A stretch of 64,000 nucleotides of DNA from Octopus sinensis (Eukaryota), in assembly GCF_006345805.1 (NCBI RefSeq), contig NC_042997.1, positions 5,084,001 through 5,148,000 on the forward strand, given 5' to 3'. The notes beneath the pieces were generated by a model. That model had not been told where the DNA came from. It ran no database searches and saw only the letters and a list, made by a program, of their open reading frames with translations. Below, one piece after another: positions 52,681 through 64,000 of the stretch. Position numbers and translations under genes: made by a program. Every line of letters begins with the position of its first letter. The first letter of the stretch is position 1.

Positions 52681-53589
52681 CAGTTGCAGGATGACGACTG
52701 GATCAAAGCCGTGGTGCTCTGGGACACGTGCCGGGCCAGACCACAGATCAAAATGTTCCAGACCCCTTTTACCAATTTGTATCATTATCAATATCAACTG
52801 TCATTGTTTTCCTCCAACATTCTCAGCTCCCTCTGCACTGTTATATTTACAGCCTTGAAATATGTAGCCACTGTCCTTTTCGCTGACATGTACACATTTT
52901 GTAACATGTTAATTGCCTTTCGCTTCTCTTCAAAAACAAGGTTAATTTCTTCATCATTATCGTTAAACCATTCTAGGTCCTTTTCTTTTTACAGCAAAGA
53001 CAAGAATGTTACTACAAACCGTGTATACTCTTTTTTTGAATGGCTTTCAACTTCCATTTTTAGGCTTCGGCCAGCCATGTACATACAAGGTGTTTATTTC
53101 ATTTTCCTCCTCAGCAATACCTGTGCTTGAATCTTTTGAAAGTGAGGAAAAGTTTTGCCCTGAAACCATTCCCACTCTCTAAACTACAAGGCATGATCCA
53201 AAAAGAAGAGGAAGTCGACATCATTGGGTGCATTTCCAGTTTCAGGTTTTATATCAGTGTCCTTCACCAAGACTTTGCCCAAACAAAGGCTAACTACAGG
53301 ACAGCAGTGAAGTATTTAAATTCAGAGTTAGATTTTCCTAGATAGACTGCCTTTGCCACGGCTTGGGAAACAAAGGAGATCTATCCACTTCTTATCTATT
53401 TATCATATCAAAAAGTAAGATAAAATAAAATAAAATATAAAAACTGAGATACCATTGTATAAAGTTAATAATGAAATTGAGATACAATATATAAAATTAA
53501 AAGCACAATACATACAATATGCACACACACACATTTTGAAATACTGTATACACAATATAAACAAACAGTCACACAAACACTCCACACAC

Positions 53590-53782
53590 ATGTCCAAAAA
53601 CACACGTTGCTGAATGGCCGTTGATTGCGCTGTAGTTCTTCCGCCTTTTGACGGGTCTTATTATTTTGTCCCGCAGGGTATCCAATAATCACCCTCCCCA
53701 CCAAGCGTGCTTGGTGGGTTGCCCTATTACACACTGACGATCCGACCATCTAACAGGTTGTACTGGAATACAGTGTACCAGT

Positions 53783-53785
<3 letters not shown>
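53590..53785 (-). mobile_element. Probable RTE-like 5' end (UTR and first codons) with stable hairpins
   Basis: GYPAGQNNKTRQKAEELQRNQRPFSNVCFW resembles the segment preceding WNVRT in RTE ORFs; 10-bp hairpin cccaccaagc/gcttggtggg. Confidence 0.45.
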
Positions 53786-53813
<28 letters not shown>

Positions 53814-54220
53814 CACACACACATACACACACACAAACACACTCACACACGAACACACACATATAAATACATATAAATATTCTTTTAATTTTTTATTCTT
53901 TTACTCGTTTCAGCCATGCAGCTGCGGGCATAGTGGAGCACCAGATTTTAAATTAAATCCATGCAAGGAAAATAGGAATGAAGACATCCAATCTCTCACT
54001 GGCTCCACTGTGAAAAGCCCATTTTTGCAGAGAAAACATTACAAATCACATGGGTATATGTTCAATTTATGAAACTGAATAACAAATGGAGATACATATG
54101 ACAATTGTCAATTCAAAATTTAAAATTTATTAACATATTATATTATATGCTTATAATAATATATCATAATATAATAATAAATATTAAATACTTATTACAG
54201 GCAGTTGTTTCGATTCTTAC

Positions 54221-54293
54221 CCATAATAAAATTATGACAATCCACTCAGCAAGAATGTCCCCAAGGCAATGTTTTATGTATGATTCATAGATC
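54221..54293 (-). CDS. Candidate 73-bp internal exon of an unidentified gene
   Basis: Branch-like ctaat, acceptor ttggtcttttctag, donor tgg|gtaaga; open frame IYESYIKHCLGDILAEWIVIILLW. Confidence 0.4.
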
Positions 54294-55619
54294 CTAGAAA
54301 AGACCAAATTCAAATATATTAGTTTTCAATCGGATGTGTCAATAATTAAAAACAAACACAAGGATGAAAAAAACTAATATAACGGCCATAAAATATACTC
54401 GTATACTATTATGTATTATAATCTAAATATATAAACGCATTAGTTTTTCTAATTACAAGGCACAATATTTTTTTAATATTTGAAAAATATATTAAAAAAT
54501 AAACATGAAGTAAAACGAAATATCCCTTTCATTCTTTCATATTATTAAAAATACATAGCTATTTATCTATGGGTAAATAGAAAAAATAACGATCTATTTA
54601 GAATACTCTATCATCTCTAGTCAAGTAGCAAATAATATTGCAATTAAATTGCATTAATTATTTCAAAATGATCATTATTAGAAATCAAAGAGTAATACTT
54701 AAAAATTACGTAGTTTAGATAAGAAACATTCTGAAAGATAACATCGTAATAAAATTATTATCGTAGGAATTAAATAAACACTCAAGTAACCAGTTATCCA
54801 AAAGTAATTTTAAACAATTCAATCATAAGGTCTTCCTAAAAATCCTTTTGATAATTACTCATTTCCACACGAGAAAATAATGCTAAAATTAGAATTAAAA
54901 TTACATAGTTTTTTTAGAGGAAAATTCTCATTGTAATGTTTACATGCATTTATACTTACGGAAGAATAGAAGGGACATAATTTTTTTTAAAATATATACA
55001 AAATATGTTTTTAATATTGTGCACAATATTATTTATGCAAGAATGAATTTTATCTATACCAATTTTACATAAATAAATAAACATTTCTTATTTTCAGGGG
55101 AAATAATTCGCTTTAAATCAATATGTTTATAAATCAATGCTTTCATAATATAATACTAGAACTCTATAATGTTTAGAATTGGATCTACTTTAAAATTTAT
55201 ATAAATTTATATGACTACATTGAAGATCATTTAATATGAAGTAAAACTTCTTAATGACTTCAATATCATTATCATAACGACTCTTTTCCTATACTAAAAT
55301 TACATCATTTCTCAAGTGACTTTAATGGACGTCAGGTGCTGTGAACTTCTTTAACATCTGATTCCACCCTCGTCTTGTGTCAATGTTTAGATATATGTTT
55401 CATCATCTGCTCTGATATTAGTTGTCTGTCTCTTTATACATTCATTCTATTAGATAGACACCGAGACATGCATACACATATACACACCATGTGTGTTAGT
55501 GTGTGTAAGTGTGCGTGTATATATGTGTGTGTGTGTGTGCGTCCGTGCGTGCGTGTACGCATGTAAAGAGTAATATATAACCTATAGTGGTAAGTAGTTA
55601 AGTAGGTAGGTAGTTAGCT

Positions 55620-55846
55620 AGTTAGTTAGTAGTAGTAGTAGTAGTAGTAGAAGAAGAGAAGAAGAAGAAGAAGAGAAGAAGAAGAAGAAGAGGAAGGAGG
55701 AGGAGGAGGATGAGAAGACGAAGAAGGAGAAGGAAGATGAGGAGGAGGAGGGGAGGAGGGGAGGAGGAGGAGGAGAAGAAGAAGAAGAAGAAGAAGAAGA
55801 AGAAGAAGAAGAGAAGAAGAAGAAGAAGAAGAAGAAGAAGAAGAAG
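55620..55846. repeat. Compound (AGT)(AGA)(GGA)(AGA) microsatellite
   Basis: Direct inspection. Confidence 0.95.
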
Positions 55847-56681
55847 AGTTTCGCTTTTCTCGCTATACACTCGTCGGTCGATTACAGATTTTACCTGAGA
55901 ATGATAATAACAAAATAAAAAGCATGGGAGTATAGGTGGAAGGTTTTAGAACTGATTCAAAACAGTAAGATAAGGAATCATTGGCTGGAAGTACGACGTA
56001 TTGGATTATGACCCTAGACGGCTATAACGAAATATGGCATTTCGTCTATATACTGTCTAACGGTATATAGTGCATGTAGTATTGAGACATAGTCTAATTT
56101 AGAAGCAAATCAAAAACTGAGATTGGATGACTACTTACCAAAATCAAAGAAACGGTTGCCGTTATAATAATAATATACGAAAAAGGCCATATGTGATGCT
56201 CATATCAGTGTGTATTGTTTCGACTTTGCTAATCTACAAAATGGTTTCGTGTTTAATCTGCTAAGGCTATTCCCTGAATCTGTTTGTAATGAATGGTTTT
56301 CCTCTTTCTAATATCCATGGAGATGTAGGTGCTTAACCTATGTCCAAAATTGGAATGCTATTATTACTACATATATGCAGAGCTGTCGAGAGGCGACATA
56401 TGTCATTTTAATTCCAGTAACCTTTTTTACTTTGAGAATTATATTGTCTATTTGCTCTATCCCAGTTAAAAAAAAATGTATTTTATTTCCTTCTGGATTA
56501 GACCACATGCGTTATATAACATTAGATAGTGCATAGACGAAAGGCAATATTTCGTTATAGCCATCTGAAGTCAGAATCCAATGCACACCAAATTCAAAAT
56601 TGCAATTAACCATTTCAGGGTCAGTATAAGTGGTTCTTCTTTTACATTAAACAGTAGAAATATTATGACGCATATGATTGT

Positions 56682-56726
56682 CACACGCTGATGAAAGGTA
56701 AACACCTTGAAACTCGAATCCGTGTG
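56682..56726 (+). ncRNA. Type I hammerhead ribozyme motif with intact catalytic core (AUC site)
   Basis: CACACG-CTGATGA-AAGGT aaac ACCTT-GAA-ACTCGAAT-C-CGTGTG: 6-bp stem I, 5-bp stem II, near-palindromic stem III. Confidence 0.8.
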
Positions 56727-59204
56727 TATCATAAGTTGAAGACGGGAAGGGTGACTTCCCTTCACAAATACTGATAGGGCACAGATAGTGTGTTTATAGC
56801 CAGCTGGAGGAGATACCTTCCTGGGCCTACAAACTGCAGTAGCATCCACCCTTAGGGGTTAGCCATATTCAAATGGCAAATATGCGTCACGATGTGTTAC
56901 CGCTGCTGTTTATAACTCGCTCTGAGATTTATCATAGTAAATATATTAGTTTTATATTTTTAGTAGTATTTAGTAATTCTCCCGCTCGATAATATAATCT
57001 GTATAACATCGAAAAAACTGACTTAGGGTGTTTCGGCAATTGTGTTTCTTCTTAAAATAGCTAAAATTTAAATTATATCTCATACTTGAATTTATTACCA
57101 CTTTCGCACAGATGTACAGTTAGTAAACTGCAACTTTTTCCTATGTTTCTTTTTTCTCCGTCACCACTTTAGAGAAATTTAAGTAAATATTATTATAACT
57201 TTTGCATTATCAACCACTACTAAATAAGTATGCAAATTCTAATAATTAGAGATGTAATATACGTTCTACTTAATTATTATTAACCGCTAGAATACATTAG
57301 ATAGCTAAATCATAAGGAATGGCGAATATGATCAGTGTTTTTTTATTACAAAGTTTTTTTTACGTTCACCGATCACGCCTGCAAAGCTAAACTGTTCCCT
57401 TCATAATTTTTGCGTAGTATTCTAAACTCCAATCAAAAATTGAAATTGTATTTACTACTCGACTTCACCCGTAAAACATGTAGTTATGTGAATATATTAG
57501 TAATCATTATTAAAACTAGGAACGATAATCCCAATCCTTGTACAATAATAACAACAAATATATGAATACGAACACGAGTATCTCGAAAAAACTTTTATGG
57601 AAAATTTCATTGTTTCTGTGTTTTTATGAAATAAGGAATATCTAATTCAATAGATTTTTTTAAATTATTTCTCTTGATATCTCCGGTGATTTAACTCCCC
57701 TCTGCTCTTGCCAGCAAGCTCGCTTGATATACGAAATATAATCAGGTCTGTTACAATCAACAAGAATCCCCGATTAAGTCAAAATACTTTTTTTTGTTTT
57801 TTAGAAACAAGGTATATTTTCGTAACCAGAGTCGTTTTTCTTCAATATTTCATATATTTGTTAGTATATATTTTAGTAACAAATACGAAAATTGGGAACA
57901 TAGATGACAAAGTAGAATGGAATTTGATCTCCCAACGGCAAATCATAATCCTTTCAGCTCTTGTGAATTATTTCAATAGGACATATTGATTTTTCTAAGT
58001 AAAACACTATATATTTATGTAAATTAATATACGGTTGCTTCAACTATGCCCAGCGTGAAACAGCAGCATATTTTACCTTATTTGATGGTATGAACAGCGA
58101 ATGCAACAATGCTGATATTTCAAGAAATTTGAGGAAAGTAAATAAATACTGCGAGGCATTTATTTCAGCTATTCACATCGTTTGTGTCCTGCCTGTGTTT
58201 CTTCCATGGAAATATCAATCACGAGTTTGAAAAACTACAATAACAAATAACGTTGCAATATTGAAATATCTAAGATGAATAAACAAAGCAATGTGACGCA
58301 AGACAATTCGTTTTCTTTGGATTGTTATTCTAGGATCTTTGATTGTGAAAACATTGACAAACGTGTCATTTTCTATTGATCAGGTTGAATTAAGAGAGAT
58401 GAAGAGATAAAGTGGGATGAAAAGAAACATGTGGGATAAAATCGAAGATGACAGAGATCCGTGAAATATTAAGAAGGAAAACAATATAGAAAGAATAGAA
58501 CGAATGGAGAAAATAAAAGACAGAAAGAAATATTAATACTTAGAGAATGAAAGATGAAAAGAGAATATGGAAATAGGAAATAGAATACAGGAAGCAGAAA
58601 GAATTCATAGAAGAGAAGCTAAAAAGAATAATAGATACATTTATGAGAGTAAGAAGGTAAGATCGAAATGCAAAGGAAACGAATGCCTATTTCTAAAATA
58701 TGTTACATGTTGAAATTGTGATCGAGAAGAAAGCATTATCGAATAAGATCAGGAAGGAAAGAAAAATATTTGTAGAAAAAGATGGAGATAAAGATGAGCA
58801 TGAAGATGAAGGGAGTAAAATATCGATGAATGAAGACAATTTGTAATATCAATGAAACAAGTGATGCTAGAAAAACTAAATCTATGCAGACATGAAACAG
58901 CAGAAGAGTGATGTGAATAAGTTAAAAGATACACATAACTAGTAATGACAGTAATAATGAATGAATTATGATAATATACAAATCGATAGGAAAAAGATCG
59001 ACAGGGCAGTTTGGTAAATATTAAAACACAATGGATGAAGCAAAATAAGGAGAGAAAACACTAGCAAAATGGACAAACGGATTCCGTTGCAGGTAAAATA
59101 ATGTCGATTATGATGATGATGTAGGAGGAGGAGAAGAAGAAGAAGATGAAGAAGAAGAAGTAGATGGTGGTGATGATGATGATGATGATGATGACGACGA
59201 CGAC

Positions 59205-59236
<32 letters not shown>

Positions 59237-60033
59237 CAACGATGATGATGACGACGATGATGATGATATGATGATGGAGATGAAGTGACAGAAAAAGGGA
59301 TCTATATTGATAAAGTTAACAGTAAAATGAAAGACCGAAGTAAATAGAAATGGAAATGAAATGGAAACGATAAAATAAAGACGAAAATAGTTCGGAAACG
59401 CACAAAATAGACAGATGGCATGAAGAAGAAATTGGAAATTAAAGTATGTCGGGAAGCGAATATGTTTGAGGTATTTTTGAAGGCAACACTGTTTTGTGCA
59501 TATTTCCAAAAGGTCATTGGTTATTGCATTTATTCGCAGCTCTGTTTGCCTTAGGAATGTTAATGGCACGTCAATATTGACTTGCTTCGTCTTATAATCA
59601 TATGTATGCGTTTTATTTCAAAGAATATTATAGACCTATAAAAACAAATTCGGCACGATCAATATTTAAATTTTTATTTTATTTTATTTACCAAGTTTCT
59701 CTTTTGTTTTCTTCCTCTGCATGGAACTTGCATTCTATTCAGCTTTGGCTTCAAAATAAAATCAAATTAAACTTCACTTTCGTCATTCAACATTACTGTC
59801 AACGTCATTATCGATTCATAAATTCACTGCTTTATTATATCAGCCGTCAAAATAGACATTTCACTAACACATTTACTTGTTTGTTATGCTTAATGCTATG
59901 AAGAATGTCAGTCTTGGGCCTTGTACTATTGCTTAAAGTTTGATGGAACATGTGTAGCAGAGTACGACACTTATCAGGATTTTAATCACGTATCTCAGTA
60001 TAGTTTTCCAGTAATATGCCTGAATTATTTATA

Positions 60034-60680
60034 TATTGGACTGGCTAAAAAGTCCGTTCGTTTTTTAAAGCGGAAATTAGACACACGTTTTAACAACGAA
60101 GATATTAATTCAATTACTGCTTCGTCCCTGTAACTTCTTTTGTCTTGTGGACAGAATATTATTCCCCGTTCAAGGTATTTCCTGTCTTTACTGGCAAAAA
60201 AATTGTACTTGTGAATTTTTTCATGCTCTTCATAGTTAAAGGTCTATCCATTCAATGAATATTTGCATGTAGAATATTAAAAATACTTAAACTGGTGAAA
60301 GTCTGAAGGTGTAGATTCAGCAAATATGAAAGGTGCGGCAAAGCTTCCTTGCTAAGCCCCTGTAAATCCAGCCGTTACTTCAAAGGGGCATGTAGTCTGG
60401 CATTGTCGTGATGAAAGACAATGCCCGTGTGATAACAGAGTGCAGGAGGCTTCTGGTGTATCGCTGCGTATGAATTGTCTAGCTCGTCACAGTACATATC
60501 TGAATTGATGGTCCTGTTCGCAGGAAGAAGCTCATGAAAGAAAACAACCTCCCAATTCCAACAAAATGAAAGCATAAACTTCTTTGATGAAGTAGTTTTG
60601 GGGGTTGTTTGTGAAGGTTCACTTTTCTTCACTCGTGATCGTTTACGTTTCACATTGATAGAGACGATATTTTTCGATTA
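60034..60680 (-). mobile_element. mariner (DD34D-type) fossil, 3' half and TIR
   Basis: KFMLSFCWNW...ELLPANRTINSDMYC...GIVFHHDNARLH; TIR-like tattggactggctaaaaagtccgttcg. Confidence 0.88.
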
Positions 60681-60691
60681 CCTAAGTTTTT

Positions 60692-60884
60692 CAGTTTTAT
60701 ATTTGAGAGATGAGGAATTATGTACATTATTTACATTTGACGGATATATGTCCTCATCTTGTAGTTTGTTGTTAACACAAAATTTCGGCTGATATACACT
60801 CCAGCCTTCTTCAGGCGTCCTGGAGGAAATTTCGAACCTGGATTCTCATTCCTAAGGTATTTTTCGATATTATTATTATTATTA

Positions 60885-60926
<42 letters not shown>

Positions 60927-60998
60927 AGTAACTGCTGGAATCGAACTCGGAATCTTGGGGTTAGTAGCCCACGCTCGTAACCACTACGCTATATACCC
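60692..60998 (-). mobile_element. tRNA-headed SINE with internal (TAA)n and a hammerhead motif in its tail
   Basis: A box tagtggtta, ggg-ctactaa-ccc arm, B box gagttcgattc, then (AAT)n, body and hammerhead at 60775-60818. Confidence 0.82.
60775..60818 (-). ncRNA. Hammerhead motif inside the SINE
   Basis: acgc-CTGAAGA-a-GGCTG gagtgtatat CAGCC-GAA-ATTT-T-gtgt. Confidence 0.72.
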
Positions 60999-61003
60999 AC
61001 GTG

Positions 61004-61078
<75 letters not shown>

Positions 61079-61326
61079 CATTATTATTACTTTTTTTTTC
61101 TTCTTTCAAATTTGCTTCCATTTCTTGCCGAGTGTCTTCCCGACTCCTAGGGCAAAGAAACTCATAGTATACATTGGTAGGCCATTAAACCAAACTCAAT
61201 AGTTCGTTCATTAAAAAATCTTTTTTTTTTATAAGTTAAATTAAAATACATGAGCAGCAACAGTTCTCACATCGACAATGCTCTTCTCAATACGTGTGAC
61301 ATCATTATTATTATTATTATTATTAC

Positions 61327-61360
<34 letters not shown>

Positions 61361-61379
61361 AATAATATTATTATTATTA

Positions 61380-61422
<43 letters not shown>

Positions 61423-61580
61423 ACACCGAAAATACCTTAGGAATGAGAGCCCAAATTCGAAATTACCACAGGGCCCCCGAAGAAAGCTGGAGTGTGTATC
61501 AGCCGAAACATTGTGCTAATAACAAACAAGATGAGGACAAACATCCGTCAAATGTAAATAGTGTAAATAATGTACTTAAG
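61423..61580 (+). mobile_element. Second copy (tail only) of the hammerhead SINE; degenerate motif at 61473-61516
   Basis: cgaaaataccttaggaatgag...CCGAAGA-a-AGCTG...CAGCC-GAA-ACAT-T-gtgc...gatgaggacaaacatccgtcaaatgtaaata. Confidence 0.8.
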
Positions 61581-61959
61581 TATTCATCATGATGTTTCAA
61601 TGATAAACTCAGACTTTGCGAAGAAACTAAATTTTGCCTTAAAAGACTTATTCCCCTTCACGATCCTCATTCTCATCATCATCTGCACCCTATTTATTCT
61701 CAACATCATCTTCAGCATTATGATCATCATGATAATAGATGATAATGATGATGATGATCATCATCATCACTATCATCATCATCATCATCGCCTTCAGTTC
61801 CTCCTCCTCCCCCCTCTTTCTTATTCTTCTACTGCTGTGCTGCTGATACTACTACCACCACAACTACTACTACTTTTCTTCTTCGTCTTCTTCCTCATCC
61901 TACTCATTACTGCTTCTCCTTACACTTCTATATTTCCCACTTGCAATCATAAACTACTT

Positions 61960-63340
61960 CACCCTCCTTCGCACAACTCCGATCTCATAAACAAACTAGC
62001 CAGACTTAAACGATTCATTTTGACGGTCTAGATAATCACCCCGCTCAAGGACATAACCTTACAAAATCCCAAAACCTCCCCTTACAAAACTTATAATCTA
62101 AAAACCTTGTCTACCTACCCTCAAACTAGGGAAAGGTGTTCAGTGTCATAGGTAAGTCCACTTACGGTAAATTAGCAATCGAACATCTCAATGACAGCAC
62201 ATTATACGAAAAATCACACATCACACCTAATCAGCTTCAAGCCAAAATTTACACCTGCTGGCCCATCTTTTGCCATAACAGAAAGCTCTCCAAGAATCCT
62301 AGACTCAATTTCACATCTAAAAATGCCTACCTTCCCTCTTTTTATCATTTAGTAAAACTCACAATCCTGGGCCCAATCTTAAAATTAGAATTATTGTCTC
62401 GGGAATTGGCGGCCTCTTTTATAAAATTTCCTCGTTTCTCTTTCAACTCCTCAAACCACTACTTCATGCATTCCACGGAAATGTCGGCAGTGACAAGGAG
62501 ATCTTTAAAAGAATCAAGGGTATCGACTCTCCTGTAATCAAGATTAACCGATACCCTGTCAACTCAGACGTTGTCTCCCTCTATAATTCCGTACCCGTTC
62601 TTCTGGATGTCGATAACATTTCTGACCGCATCGTATCTCTCCTTTAATCCCACTTTTCTGACACTAATTTCTTCCCCTCCTCCTTTACACTTTTCTTCTT
62701 ACTCCTCTTCACTTTCTCCTACTTTCTTATTCCTCTTCCTCTCTCACCAACCCTCAACTTTTTAGTTTTACCCACATCCGTTAACTTCTAGTTATTATTG
62801 AAGGTAACGTTTCCTTCCAATATGACTGTGAATCATATACGCAGATGTCAGGTCTGCCGATGGGATCCATCTCTCAGGCCAATTGTCCATCTCTGGATCA
62901 ACTCGAACGCATGGCCCTTATCACTTGCCGTATTCCCAGTGTACGTCGACGACATTTTGTTGCTCACCTCCTCCCGGGAAGAGGTGACCGCCAAACTTGA
63001 ACGACGACGACAACCACATCAAATTTGAAAACGAATACTCGGACATGTCCGGAAATCTCCCTGCTCGATTACCAAATCAGGATCACAGTGGAAAGCTACA
63101 CCTACACGAATATTGTTCGGAAAGCGGCCTATAGGAATCTGTTTGTACATTAAGAATCATCCCTGGCCAGCAGAGCCAAAGCAACATACGTGCAAAATAA
63201 GATCACACGTATAAGAGATAGATGCAGCGAAGCAATAGACAAAGCTACCAATACAGTGTGGTTCTTCAGCTAAGAAGATCCAGAATAGTGTATCCTTAAA
63301 CTTCCTTACTTCGATGAGAGACCAACTGCAGTGATGGACT
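61960..63340 (+). mobile_element. PLE4: heavily degenerate Penelope-like RT, different family
   Basis: LPSFYHLVK, KIRIIVSG, SDVVSLYNSVP, QMSGLPMG, YVDDILLL and RKAAYRNLFVH across frames; no GIY-YIG recognised. Confidence 0.78.
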
Positions 63341-63632
63341 TCAGGTACAGTTGATGCCCTCCGCTCCATCCCTGAGTCAAGTTCTATTGAGGAAAAATAA
63401 TTTTTACAAAGTGTGTTCTAAAATGTGATTGGCTCTCAGTTTTAATCCAAATATTTTAGCTTTGATGCAACCAAGCAAATTGTATTCTTCTCTGTTGTTT
63501 CTCCTCTGCTTTTTTCTCATTCAATAATTGTGCATTTTCTTCACTGTTTTGAGTTTGTATGAATAACACAAAGAAGAAAATGGAAAATATTATTTTCTTG
63601 TGCATTTTAAAACTCTCTTCATTTATTTCATT

Positions 63633-63667
<35 letters not shown>

Positions 63668-63668
63668 A

Positions 63669-63733
<65 letters not shown>

Positions 63734-64000
63734 CTATGTCTCTCTGTCTCTCTTCTCAGATTTATCCTCTTTCCCTTTAAAGCGGAAAAAGCAATGTCAT
63801 AAATCCGTTCATAAAAGTGTGTTAAACTTTGTTTACATGTGAAACTGAAAGTAATTTTTGAGAGCAGCATTGGGAGCAACAGATCGATTCAAATAATTTT
63901 CCAATGGGTATTTATATGCTATTCTAAATTCTTATTAACCGATCTCAATGGAATTTTCCATGTTGCATATTTCAGATTCATTCTATTAATTTATTGTAAA

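Noticed and set aside
60930-60998. Functional tRNA gene
   Set aside because: No acceptor stem; it continues into a microsatellite and repeat body, so it is a SINE head.

Overview
AT-rich animal (eukaryotic) genomic DNA that is almost entirely repeats. The microsatellite load ((TA)n, (CA)n, (GATA)n, (TAA)n) and the SINE families resemble an octopus/cephalopod genome; this is my inference, not verified. I found no intact protein-coding gene. Contents: four Penelope-like element (PLE) remnants, three with a CxxxxCxxC-linked C-terminal GIY-YIG (Neptune-like); a ~12 kb pile-up of at least 10 same-strand R4/Dong-type RLE retrotransposon fragments at (TAA)n tracts; CR1/L2 and RTE LINE remnants; Tc1, maT and mariner fossils; MITEs; a non-autonomous Helitron; tRNA-derived SINEs; a 45-bp A/B minisatellite; a 100-N gap with a duplicated flank; and a few weak minus-strand exon candidates. 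The most interesting signal, absent from the ORF track, is a set of at least 7 minimal type I hammerhead-ribozyme motifs in several unrelated repeat families. They share one architecture (CUGANGA core, short stem II, palindromic stem III). One sits in the tail of a tRNA-headed SINE, and one has an intact catalytic core at 56682-56726. All folds and alignments were done by eye; element boundaries are approximate to a few tens of bases unless stated.
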